Part shown: one piece after another, positions 1 through 7,536 of the stretch
How the letters are laid out: each line of letters begins with the position of its first letter
How positions within the stretch are numbered: position 1 is the stretch's first letter
Assembly: GCA_965213705.1 (NCBI GenBank)
Contig: OZ243913.1
Coordinates: forward strand, 3,808,001 to 3,872,000
Reading direction: 5' to 3'
Length of the DNA: 64,000 nt
Origin: Trueperaceae bacterium
GTDB lineage: Bacteria; Deinococcota; Deinococci; Deinococcales; Trueperaceae
The notes under the pieces: model-generated
Database searches by the model: none
Told to the model about the DNA's origin: nothing
What the model saw: the letters and a program-made list of their open reading frames with translations, nothing else
Translations under genes and position numbers: made by a program

Positions 1-42
1 CGTGTCGGTTGGCTCGGCTTCTTTTTTCGGGTCGTCGCTCAT
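1..42 (-). CDS. 5' end of a gene running off the window (MSDDPKKEAEPTDT...)
   Basis: ATG at 42, open to the window edge, with TAAACT -10-like box 6 nt upstream (leaderless pattern). Confidence 0.4.
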   Translation of the reverse strand, partial: MSDDPKKEAEPTDT

Positions 43-89
43 AGACGAAGTTTATGCCGGAAGTCGGGTGAAGGTGTCGTCTCGAGCCT

Positions 90-890
90 TCAGGCTAGAA
101 ACTTGTCTACCGCTTCTTGCAAGGTCAACTCGCCCCGGTCGACCGCCGCCAAGTACAGCCGCAAAAACGGGAGGAGCTGGCCTTCCGCAGTTGCCAACTC
201 GCGCCGAAACACGCGCGCCAAGGCTCCGCCCGCCTCCAAGTAACCCGACCTGTCTAAGCGGTTCAGGGTCGCCTCAACATCGTAAGGAACAAACCTTTTT
301 TGCCACGCCCAACTGTCGTTTTGCCGCTCCAGCACCAGGTATTGCGCGTCCCGCACGCCGTTCAGGGGCAAGCCCAGCGACCCTATACTAACGAGTCGGC
401 GGCCCGACCAACTGCGCTCAAGCCACTTGTGGTTGTGGCCGCGCACGATGAACGTTTCTGCGACGTCGAACATGCGCTCGAGGTCTGCTTCCGGCGTCTC
501 CGCGACGACGTTCTCCTGGTCGCTGCGCGGCGTCGCATGGACGATAAGGAGGCCGGGGAAATGCCGGGTCAGGGGCAGAGCGCGCATCGCTCTCAAGTCG
601 GTTTGGGTAACTTGCTGCAACGTCCAGCGCAGACTCGCAAAGCGTTCGCTCGACCACGCCGGGTCGGCGGCGGGCGTGGCGTAGTCGAACAAGTAACGCT
701 CGTGGTTGCCGCGCAGCACCAGGCAGTGAAGCGACATGACTAAGTCCCAACACGGCTTCGAATCGGTCAAACCGTTGACGATGTCGCCCGCCACGACGAT
801 TTCGTCGACGTTTTGCGTCTCAATATCTTCCAAGGCGGCCTCGAGCGCGCCCAAGTTGCCATGAATGTCGGCGAGGACGGCCAGGCGCAT
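90..890 (-). CDS. Metallophosphoesterase (calcineurin-like)
   Basis: DIHGN, GD, GNHE and GHNH motifs. Confidence 0.9.
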   Translation of the reverse strand: MRLAVLADIHGNLGALEAALEDIETQNVDEIVVAGDIVNGLTDSKPCWDLVMSLHCLVLRGNHERYLFDYATPAADPAWSSERFASLRWTLQQVTQTDLRAMRALPLTRHFPGLLIVHATPRSDQENVVAETPEADLERMFDVAETFIVRGHNHKWLERSWSGRRLVSIGSLGLPLNGVRDAQYLVLERQNDSWAWQKRFVPYDVEATLNRLDRSGYLEAGGALARVFRRELATAEGQLLPFLRLYLAAVDRGELTLQEAVDKFLA

Positions 891-1835
891 TCAGGAGCGC
901 TCGAGGGCCACTGTGACTTTCGGAAAGCCGACGATGTCGTAGGTGGCCGAGGCCAGGCCGATGTTTGCGGCGTCGAGTTCTTTCAAAATATCCCGGCTGA
1001 GCGCGTCTTTGACCTCGCGCACGCCGTGGGTGTTGGCGAGAAAGCGCACGGTGAGTTCCAACCAGTTGTCGGTCAAGCGGTAGTACACCCGCGGGTCGAT
1101 GTCGCTGATTTGCACCGCGTAGCGCTGTTGCATCCGCTTTAAGTCGTCTTTATCGAGTTCTTCGACCCTTAAAGCGTGCTGGCGGGCGGTTGTCAGCAAA
1201 ACCTCTTCGACCCGGCTTCTATCATCCTGGTAGCGAATCGGTAAAGTAATCTCTTCCCAGATATAGGGAAAGTCGCGGGTGTAGTTGAAAACCGGCTCGT
1301 TGAACAGTTGCGCGTTGCTGACCGTGACGATGCGCCCGGTAAACTGCCGGCTGCGCACCCACACCGCCGGGTCGGCACTCTGCACGGCGGGCGGCTGGCC
1401 CATCTCCATAATCGTCGTCTGGATAAACCCCAAGGCGATGACGTCGCCGCGCACGCCGCCCATGCTGATGCGGTCGCCGACGGTGAAGTTCTGGCCGCGC
1501 AGAATCACGAAGTAGCCCGCGAGCGCGGTGACGACTTGCTGAAGCGCAAAGGCGAGACCCGCCGCCACGAGTCCGAAGGCGGTAGCGAGTCGGGTCGGGT
1601 CGTCGAACCACACCGACACAAGCCCCAGAATAAGAAACAGGGTAACGAGCAGGTTGACGCCCTGCCGCGTCCAAAAGCGCACGTGCTCGTTTTCGCGGCC
1701 ACGAAACAACAAGCGCGACAGCCCGTTGAAAATGAGACGCAGCGCCGCCGCCACGGCGATGAGGGCGAGCGTAAACAGCACCTTTTGGCCGACGACGGCG
1801 TTGACGCCCATAAACTTGATGCCGAAAAGTTCCAA
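891..1835 (-). CDS. Small-conductance mechanosensitive channel (MscS family)
   Basis: Three N-terminal TM helices, FTVGDRI..GGVRGDV motif; TTG start after AGGGG. Confidence 0.85.
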   Translation of the reverse strand: MELFGIKFMGVNAVVGQKVLFTLALIAVAAALRLIFNGLSRLLFRGRENEHVRFWTRQGVNLLVTLFLILGLVSVWFDDPTRLATAFGLVAAGLAFALQQVVTALAGYFVILRGQNFTVGDRISMGGVRGDVIALGFIQTTIMEMGQPPAVQSADPAVWVRSRQFTGRIVTVSNAQLFNEPVFNYTRDFPYIWEEITLPIRYQDDRSRVEEVLLTTARQHALRVEELDKDDLKRMQQRYAVQISDIDPRVYYRLTDNWLELTVRFLANTHGVREVKDALSRDILKELDAANIGLASATYDIVGFPKVTVALERS

Positions 1836-2024
1836 ACCGTTCCCCTAACCCGGACCCGTTTTTACCGCCACGTTCGCTTCGGCCGAGCGCCGAAACTCAA
1901 GACCGGCAAAGCCTACCACGAGCGAACGGCGGCCAAAAGGGCGTTGGCACAGGATGGTTCACGTCTGCGGTCAAGGCACAACGACCCGTACCGCGCAGGG
2001 CGAAAAGCCGCTGCCGGCAAAAGT

Positions 2025-2057
2025 AAAAACGTGCAGCTCGAGACTCGAGCTGCACGT
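2025..2057 (-). terminator. Intrinsic terminator of the cold-shock gene
   Basis: Inverted repeat ACGTGCAGCTCGAG-A-CTCGAGCTGCACGT followed by a T-run on the minus strand. Confidence 0.8.
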
Positions 2058-2078
2058 CGTGTGCGTTAAAAGCTTGGT

Positions 2079-2315
2079 TTAGTAGCGCGAACGCTGTTGG
2101 ACGGGCGCGGCACCGGTCACGTTGACGTTGGCCGCTTGAAGACCCTTTTTGCCCTGCTCAACGTCGAACTCGACTTCGTCGCCTTCGTTGAGGTTGCGAA
2201 AACCGCTACCTTGGATGGCGGAGAAGTGAACAAAAACGTCAGCACCGCCGTCGTCTTGCTCAATAAATCCGAAACCTTTTTCGCCGTTGAACCACTTGAC
2301 TTTACCTGTTGCCAT
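2079..2315 (-). CDS. cspA: Cold-shock protein, 78 aa
   Basis: [18 protein letters not shown]...VFVHFSAI (RNP1/RNP2); start reassigned to ATG 2315 with AAGGA RBS. Confidence 0.95.
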   Translation of the reverse strand: MATGKVKWFNGEKGFGFIEQDDGGADVFVHFSAIQGSGFRNLNEGDEVEFDVEQGKKGLQAANVNVTGAAPVQQRSRY

Positions 2316-2412
2316 TTTTACTTTCCTTACTGCTAAGTACACGCCTAGCATAAAACTTTTTGGGCCGAGCCCAAAGTTTCGAAAAAGCCTTTCGCTTTGT
2401 CGGAACTCGGTT

Positions 2413-2441
2413 ACTATAAGGCATTGCCGAGCAAAATGCAA
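2413..2441 (-). promoter_or_regulatory. Sigma70-type promoter of csp, giving a ~90-nt 5' UTR
   Basis: TTGCAT-N17-TATAGT on the minus strand. Confidence 0.65.
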
Positions 2442-2482
2442 GGGTTGGGTCGTTGTCACGTCGTAAGCGGCGCGCTTAAAGT

Positions 2483-2956
2483 TTAGAGGGGCACGGCGCT
2501 CAAGACGACGCCGTCCTCGTCGGCGTACAGGTAGTGGTCCGGTGTCCAAACGACGCCGCCAAAAGCCACAGCCGAGCCCTGCGTGCCCCCGCCCCGCTTC
2601 CCACTTCTACGCGGGTGACTCGCCAAAGCCAGGATGGCGACGTCGAGTTTGGCAAGCTCGGCCGTGTCGCGCACGCAGCCGTTCAGGATGACGCCCGGCA
2701 GGCCGCGCTCGACCGCTATACGACCGAGGCGGTCGCCCATGAGGGCGCAACGTCTCGAGCCACCCCCGTCGACCACGACCACCGTTCCGGCCGGAACGGT
2801 CTCGAGGGCTTCTAAGTACAGCACGTTGTCCTCGTACACCTTGACGGTGTGGACGGGGCCGTGAAACTTGGTTTTCCCACCGAAGTTTCTGAACACAGGC
2901 TCACAATATTGCAGGTCGTCCCCATGCGCGTCGCTCAAGTCGGTGGTCTGAAACAT
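2483..2956 (-). CDS. rraA: RraA family protein (RNase E regulator / HMG aldolase-like)
   Basis: TTDLSD, FGG..FHG, VVDGGGS..CALMGD and GCVRD motifs. Confidence 0.85.
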   Translation of the reverse strand: MFQTTDLSDAHGDDLQYCEPVFRNFGGKTKFHGPVHTVKVYEDNVLYLEALETVPAGTVVVVDGGGSRRCALMGDRLGRIAVERGLPGVILNGCVRDTAELAKLDVAILALASHPRRSGKRGGGTQGSAVAFGGVVWTPDHYLYADEDGVVLSAVPL

Positions 2957-2986
2957 GCTCTATGCTACAGCGCCACCCAGCACGGT

Positions 2987-4312
2987 TCAAGGCTTGCCAA
3001 GAGAGCGAAACACCCGCTCCCACCAGTCGGGTACGCTGACGGTCGGCTCGTACTCGCCCATCTTCGCGCGGATGTCCGCAAGGGGCCAACCTGTCAAATT
3101 CGCCAGTGTTTTAGCCTCTTGGCTGCGACGATCTTTGACTTCCGCGACGTACTGTTCGGCGCGCTCGCAGTTCAAATCACCGTCGAAGGGGCGCTGGAGG
3201 ATGTAGCGACCCTGAAAATTCTCGCGGTTGTCGGTGACGCGGAACATCAGGTCCTCAGGAAACTGTTCGGGCGTGTAGCGAACATGCAGCCGGGTGAGGT
3301 AGACGTTCGGGGCTTGTAAGTCCGCGGCTGCGTCCAGCCAAAACACCCCTGACCGCCGCAGTTCGTCGGGGCTCAGCGGGTCGGCCGCGCAGGGGTCGCA
3401 CCAGGCCATGTCCCAGGCATATTCTAAAAAGCCTGCGTCCCGTCCGGCGCGCTCGTAACCTTTTTGAAACAGGGCTTGATACACGTCGCCGAACTCGTCC
3501 TCGACAAACTCGGGCAGGTTTACGTCGGAGGGAATGGTGCGCGTTTCGTAGTTGGCGAGTTCGACGCGGCCTTTGGGAGACAGCAGGTAAACCACCAGGT
3601 CTTGCGGCCCGGCGGCATTAACCATGCCGAGTTGAATGGGTAGCATAAAGTCTTCGCTCTCGAAAGCCATGACGAGGGGACGGAGGTGTTTAAAGCCGCT
3701 CGCCCCGAACGCCTCTAGGTTGACTTTGGCGACAAAAAACTTCATGCCCTGCGCTAAGTACGGGGCTAACGCCGCGCGCGCGCCCGCGGGCAGGTTGTAG
3801 CCGTTCTCGAGCAACCAAGTCTCGAGCCCCGCCGACTCCTCAGCCCCCAAAATAACGATGTCGTACTCGCCAACCGTAAACTGCGCTTCGATGGTGACGC
3901 CGAGGGCCTGGGTACGCGCCGCGCTCGCCGCTTCCGCCGTCGGCGCGGCCATCATCACGTCACCGTCGCGGAACGAATAGTCCTGACAAGGGTCGTCGTC
4001 GAAATACTCGACCAGCCGCGGCGCGCTGTAAGCGTTCAAACGTTCAAAAATGCTCGGGTCGCCGACCTGAATCTGGTCTTGTCGAAACACGTAAGGAATC
4101 GGCACGACGAGCGCGAACTCGCTCACCTCGCCCTGGTAATCGTTCGACATGCTGAGAACCGTGCGGTCGCCGTCCCGAGCCATGATGACCTGTGAACTCT
4201 CGTTGAACAGCTTTATATCCGCCTGAGCCACGTAAAAACCGCAAAAAGCGAGCGCCGCGCCGCCGCTTAGCAGCACGAGCAGGATGAGCCAGGGTTTGAG
4301 GTTTGGTCGCAT
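2987..4312 (-). CDS. DUF2330 family exported protein
   Basis: Signal peptide then AFCGFYV; SAPRLVEYFD and EYAWDMAWCDPC motifs. Confidence 0.8.
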   Translation of the reverse strand: MRPNLKPWLILLVLLSGGAALAFCGFYVAQADIKLFNESSQVIMARDGDRTVLSMSNDYQGEVSEFALVVPIPYVFRQDQIQVGDPSIFERLNAYSAPRLVEYFDDDPCQDYSFRDGDVMMAAPTAEAASAARTQALGVTIEAQFTVGEYDIVILGAEESAGLETWLLENGYNLPAGARAALAPYLAQGMKFFVAKVNLEAFGASGFKHLRPLVMAFESEDFMLPIQLGMVNAAGPQDLVVYLLSPKGRVELANYETRTIPSDVNLPEFVEDEFGDVYQALFQKGYERAGRDAGFLEYAWDMAWCDPCAADPLSPDELRRSGVFWLDAAADLQAPNVYLTRLHVRYTPEQFPEDLMFRVTDNRENFQGRYILQRPFDGDLNCERAEQYVAEVKDRRSQEAKTLANLTGWPLADIRAKMGEYEPTVSVPDWWERVFRSLGKP

Positions 4313-4413
4313 CGTTACCTCCTTAGTGTTGAACCGAGTTTAGGGGCTGCGCAACCCGGGCGCCAACAAAACTCGAACTATTGCAAAAAGGCAAACTGCA
4401 GGGGGTTGCGCAG

Positions 4414-4442
4414 GTAGGGGCGGGTTTCGAACCCGCCCCCAC
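4414..4442. repeat. GTAG-type REP-like palindrome
   Basis: GTAGGGGCGGGTT-TCG-AACCCGCCCCCAC, 13-bp arms with one mismatch. Confidence 0.55.
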
Positions 4443-4689
4443 CGCGAGAGGACTGCTCGGTAAGGGGTTGCCACCTCTTGTTTTTACCCTTGCCGTTTAA
4501 CTTCCTCGGAATCAAATGGGCGCAGAGCGAGAAGAAAAAATATGGACTAGCGATAGGGAAGCGAAAAACTCTTCCAAGGGGAGCTGTAGTATCGGCATCT
4601 GTATGAAACCTAGCGGCAAAGGGCGAGCATAGTTCGAGTTTTCTTTACAGGGTGCCTGAGCGACCTTTACACTTGCTTGAAGAGCTTTT

Positions 4690-5004
4690 ATGGGCAAGCG
4701 CCGTTACCGTATTCCCTCACGTCAGCAGGTCCGCGTTCTGCGCGCGCTGTTGGCTTACCGGGACGACGGCAGCCACGGCTACGACCTGATGAAACTGACC
4801 GCGCTCAGCCCCGCCACGCTTTACGGGCTGCTCAAGCGCTTGCATGACGAGGGTTATTTGAGCAAGTGTGAGCAAACCGTCGACGGCCGTTGCCGCCTCC
4901 GCTACACCCTGACGCCGGTGGGGTCGCGCTACGCGGAACGCGCCCTGCTGGAACACGAATACGAGTGCGGCGCGGCAAACCTGGCAAACCTGGAGCGGTC
5001 ATGA
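4690..5004 (+). CDS. PadR-family transcriptional regulator
   Basis: HGYDL...LSPATLYGLLKRL..EG...RYTLT..G winged-helix pattern. Confidence 0.85.
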   Translation: MGKRRYRIPSRQQVRVLRALLAYRDDGSHGYDLMKLTALSPATLYGLLKRLHDEGYLSKCEQTVDGRCRLRYTLTPVGSRYAERALLEHEYECGAANLANLERS

Positions 5005-5954
5005 GCGAGCCCACCCTCACACCGCGCAGCGCGCAACTCGTCTTCGGCTTGGCGCACCGTATCGCCCCTGAAAGTGAGCGGGTTTGGCTCGAGGAAATGG
5101 GACACGAGTACAGTTTTCTCGGGCGTGGAGCGCGCCTTCGCTGGTTGTTCGGTATGGTCGGCCTCGCCCTGCGCCTGCGAGCGGCAACTTTCACGAGATG
5201 GAAATTACCCCGGCGTTTGTGGCTCGCCCCGCTCGCCGGCGCTTTGTTCGTGGTCGCCCTGTTTGTCGTGTCACCCGTGACGCTGCGCCCAAGCGCTCCC
5301 GGAAATTCCAGCGGCTCGGACCCACGACCTTCACAAACTTATCGAGCCGAAAATGCCGACACTGCCGGGAACGCCGCCGGGCCGAGCTTTACAGAAAGCG
5401 AACAAGACGAAGCGGCTCGAGCGGCATCTGCACCCACGGCGAACCTTCAGTCCCGCGCCGCTGCGCCCGCGAGCTTGGCGACGCCGCTCCGGGAGGCCGA
5501 CACCCTTCAGCCTGCAACCGCCGAGCCCGAAAGCGTCGAGACGACAAAGACGCACACAGGGGTGGCGGACACAGAGACGGCGGACACAGAGACGGCAGGC
5601 ACAGGGGCGGCCGCGGAAACGGTGGCGACCCCAAAAGCTTTGTCCGACACTGCGAGCGCCGACGCGGGTAGAGCCGAAGCTGCGCCTACCGAAGCGGTCG
5701 TTACGAGCGTGGCGAGTGAAACGGTTACTTTACGCCTGACCGGAACAGTGTGGCTGGAGCTGCGCCGCGGCGCGGCGGACGGACCGGTTTTGCAAAAAGG
5801 CACGTTTCAAGCCGGACAAAGCTTCAGCGTGACGGTTCCGTTTTACCTCAGCACGTCGGACGCGAGCAGGACGAGCGTTCAAGCCGGCGCGGAAAGCCTG
5901 GGAAGTTTGGGGCGGCTGGGTGAAAGCCAAACGCGCCTGTTCGTAAAGCCCTGA
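5001..5954 (+). CDS. Membrane protein with Ala/Thr-rich stalk and C-terminal RodZ-like (DUF4115-like) domain
   Basis: ATGA overlap with padR, GGAG RBS, TM segment, C-terminal VWLELR...GT..G...LG.LG pattern. Confidence 0.6.
   Translation: MSEPTLTPRSAQLVFGLAHRIAPESERVWLEEMGHEYSFLGRGARLRWLFGMVGLALRLRAATFTRWKLPRRLWLAPLAGALFVVALFVVSPVTLRPSAPGNSSGSDPRPSQTYRAENADTAGNAAGPSFTESEQDEAARAASAPTANLQSRAAAPASLATPLREADTLQPATAEPESVETTKTHTGVADTETADTETAGTGAAAETVATPKALSDTASADAGRAEAAPTEAVVTSVASETVTLRLTGTVWLELRRGAADGPVLQKGTFQAGQSFSVTVPFYLSTSDASRTSVQAGAESLGSLGRLGESQTRLFVKP
5550..5609 (+). repeat. In-frame 15-bp tandem repeat (THTGV-ADTET-ADTET-AGTGA)
   Basis: GCGGACACAGAGACG twice exactly plus two degenerate flanking units. 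Confidence 0.7.
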
Positions 5955-6092
5955 ATTCTTCCGCGCCTTCTCGAGCGGGAGATAATAAAGCCCCCTCTTT
6001 TCACTAGACACCTTGCAAAAGTCCAATTAGATGACGATGGTCACTGGTTGTACGGTTGCTCAGTTGGTACTTTCGCAAGACGTCTACTCGGT

Positions 6093-6113
6093 ACTTTCCA
6101 CTCGGTCCTCGGT
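6093..6113 (-). repeat. Dispersed heptamer-built repeat, copy A
   Basis: ACCGAGG ACCGAGT GGAAAGT; matches 45654-45674 and 51236-51256. Confidence 0.75.
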
Positions 6114-6126
6114 ACTTTTCCCCTTC

Positions 6127-6993
6127 TTAAGCGCGCAGCCCCGCCCGCCGCTCCGCGGCCTCGACCGTGTTGCGCAGCAGCATCGCCACCGTCGTCGGCC
6201 CGACGCCGCCCAGGCGCGGCGTTATCCAGCCCGCGACCTCGCCGACCGACTCGTCCACGTCGGGGAGCAGTCGCCGCCCCTGCCAAGTGATGCCGCCGCT
6301 TACGACCACCGCGCCCGGCTTGACCATGTTTTTCGTCACCACGCCCGGCCGCCCCACCGCCGCCACCACGATGTCGGCGCGCTTTGTAAACGCACTTACG
6401 TCTTTTACGCCCGAATGGACGACCGTCACCGCGGCGTCGCCCCCTTCACCTTTCAAACTAAGCAGCAGTGCTAGCGGGCGGCCCAGGGTCGGGCCTCGGC
6501 CTACCACGACGACCTCACGTCCGGCCACGTGAACGCCGTAGTAAAGCAACATCTCGCGGATGCCCGCCGGGGTGCAAGGCACCGGACCGGGCTCTTGCAA
6601 CACGAGCTTGCCCAGGTTGACCGGGTGCAAACCGTCGGCATCTTTGGCCGGGTTTATCAACGCCAGGGCTTCGGCAAAGTCGAACCCCGCCGGCAGCGGA
6701 TACTGGATGAGGTAACCGTGGACGTCGTCGTCCTCGTTAAAAGCGCGTACGGCCTCGAGCAGGTCGGTTTGAGACGCGCTTGCAGGAATGTCTCGGTGGA
6801 ACGAAGCCACGCCGACCCGCTGCGACGTTTCGTGTTTTAGGCGCACATAGCCTGCACTCGGCGCGTCGTCGCCGACTAAAATCGTGCCCAGACCGGGCGT
6901 TACACCCTCAGCTTTCAAAACCGCGATGCGTTTTTCTAAGTCTTTCAGCACCGCTTCGGCGACCGGTTTACCTTCTAAAAGTCGAGCGGACAC
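6127..6993 (-). CDS. folD: Bifunctional methylene-THF dehydrogenase/cyclohydrolase
   Basis: PGLGTILVG, KDADGLHP, PCTPAG, TPRLGGVGPTT; GTG start after AAAGGA. Confidence 0.93.
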   Translation of the reverse strand: MSARLLEGKPVAEAVLKDLEKRIAVLKAEGVTPGLGTILVGDDAPSAGYVRLKHETSQRVGVASFHRDIPASASQTDLLEAVRAFNEDDDVHGYLIQYPLPAGFDFAEALALINPAKDADGLHPVNLGKLVLQEPGPVPCTPAGIREMLLYYGVHVAGREVVVVGRGPTLGRPLALLLSLKGEGGDAAVTVVHSGVKDVSAFTKRADIVVAAVGRPGVVTKNMVKPGAVVVSGGITWQGRRLLPDVDESVGEVAGWITPRLGGVGPTTVAMLLRNTVEAAERRAGLRA

Positions 6994-7102
6994 AGGTCTA
7001 CATCCTTTCTTGCGGCTTTTCCCACGAGCGGCCCGCGGCTGAGTAACCCCGCCGGTAGCGTTGGTTGCGCGAGACCGTAAGCACAGTCGTTTGCCCAAAG
7101 CA

Positions 7103-7217
7103 GCCCTCTCGGCCTCATCCTATAATGAGAGGGCAAAACCGAAAACCGGTCGACTCAGCCGGTCAACTTGGTTCGACCCAACCGGTTCAACCTAACCGGT
7201 TGGGTCCAAACCGGTTT
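7103..7217. promoter_or_regulatory. TATAAT box inside an inverted repeat, followed by an array of five (A/G)CCGGT palindromes
   Basis: GCCCTCTC/GAGAGGGC arms around TATAAT at 7121; (A/G)CCGGT at 7145, 7158, 7181, 7195, 7210. Confidence 0.45.
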
Positions 7218-7254
7218 GTAGGCTCTGGAAGCTGGTAAACTCTGGGAGGTTGTT

Positions 7255-7533
7255 GTGAGTACGTCTTTGAAAGAGTTCGTCGCCGTCGCGGTGCAAACCT
7301 ACCCCGACCACTTTTTGGAGCAAGAATTTGGTCGCCAGAACGAGCGGAGCGCGCCGGAGCACAGCTCGAGCGAGGCCTTGGCCGTTTACATCGCCGGAGA
7401 GCTTATCGACCTGTACGACCCGGACTCCGGCGACGCCGCCAACATTGCTCGTATCAGCGCAGGTTTGGAGCGTTCGGTTCACCTGCTGGAAAACATCGTG
7501 GCCGAGTTGCGGCGCTCAGCGACCGACGAGTAA
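7255..7533 (+). CDS. Hypothetical protein, 92 aa, acidic and helical
   Basis: GGAGG RBS, GTG start, host-like codon usage. Confidence 0.7.
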   Translation: MSTSLKEFVAVAVQTYPDHFLEQEFGRQNERSAPEHSSSEALAVYIAGELIDLYDPDSGDAANIARISAGLERSVHLLENIVAELRRSATDE

Positions 7534-7536
7534 ACC

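Noticed and set aside
6994..7100. ZTP or THF riboswitch expected upstream of folD
   Set aside because: Conserved ZTP and THF core sequences could not be found
7131..7240. Possible c-di-GMP-I riboswitch (GGCAAA-ACCG-AAAAC-CGGT-CGAC)
   Set aside because: No GCAAA junction, tetraloop receptor or P2; better explained by the ACCGGT array
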